Shown: piece by piece, positions 63,966 through 64,000 of the stretch
How the letters are laid out: the number at the start of each line of letters is the position of its first letter
How positions within the stretch are numbered: position 1 is the stretch's first letter
Assembly (NCBI GenBank): GCA_963743525.1
Contig: CAVUQH010000004.1
Span: 608,001 to 672,000 of the forward strand
Source of the DNA: an uncultured delta proteobacterium
Lineage (GTDB): Bacteria > Myxococcota_A > Polyangia > Haliangiales > Haliangiaceae
Reading direction: 5' to 3'
Length of the DNA stretch: 64,000 nt
The notes under the pieces: generated by a model
Told to the model about the DNA's origin: nothing
What the model saw: only the letters and a program-made list of their open reading frames with translations
Database searches by the model: none
Program-made: the position numbers and the translations under genes

Positions 63966-64000
63966 CCGGCTCAGGAGGCAAATCCCGCCGGCCCCCTCGC

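Overview
High-GC chromosomal window whose gene content points to a myxobacterium (Myxococcota, probably Haliangium/Kofleria-like; inferred from FHA-sigma54 activators, a GltJ/AgmX-like protein and Cys-rich lipoproteins). Housekeeping genes: cls (partial), ltaE, purA, hisZ, purH-purD-purE-tsaC, corA, dnaK, lon, parA-parB. No rRNA, tRNA, CRISPR array or transposase was recognised. Main observations: (1) an Mla/Mce-type system with 2 ATPases, 2 permeases and 2 MlaD, whose ATPases carry complementary degenerate motifs predicting one dead and one active ATP site; (2) a reverse-oriented three-gene c-type cytochrome module inside that system, including a Cyc2-like cytochrome-porin fusion; (3) a four-helix-bundle gene with a branched DNA hairpin and a hexamer repeat tract; (4) a leader-peptide/antiterminator/terminator arrangement upstream of a MATE pump; (5) a MerR-like plus stand-alone sigma70 region 4 gene pair; (6) short peptide motifs shared by unrelated proteins (RDHR, ENSVLFSL). 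Four genes have a single extra base, most likely sequencing errors. All family calls are by eye from motifs; no database search was run.
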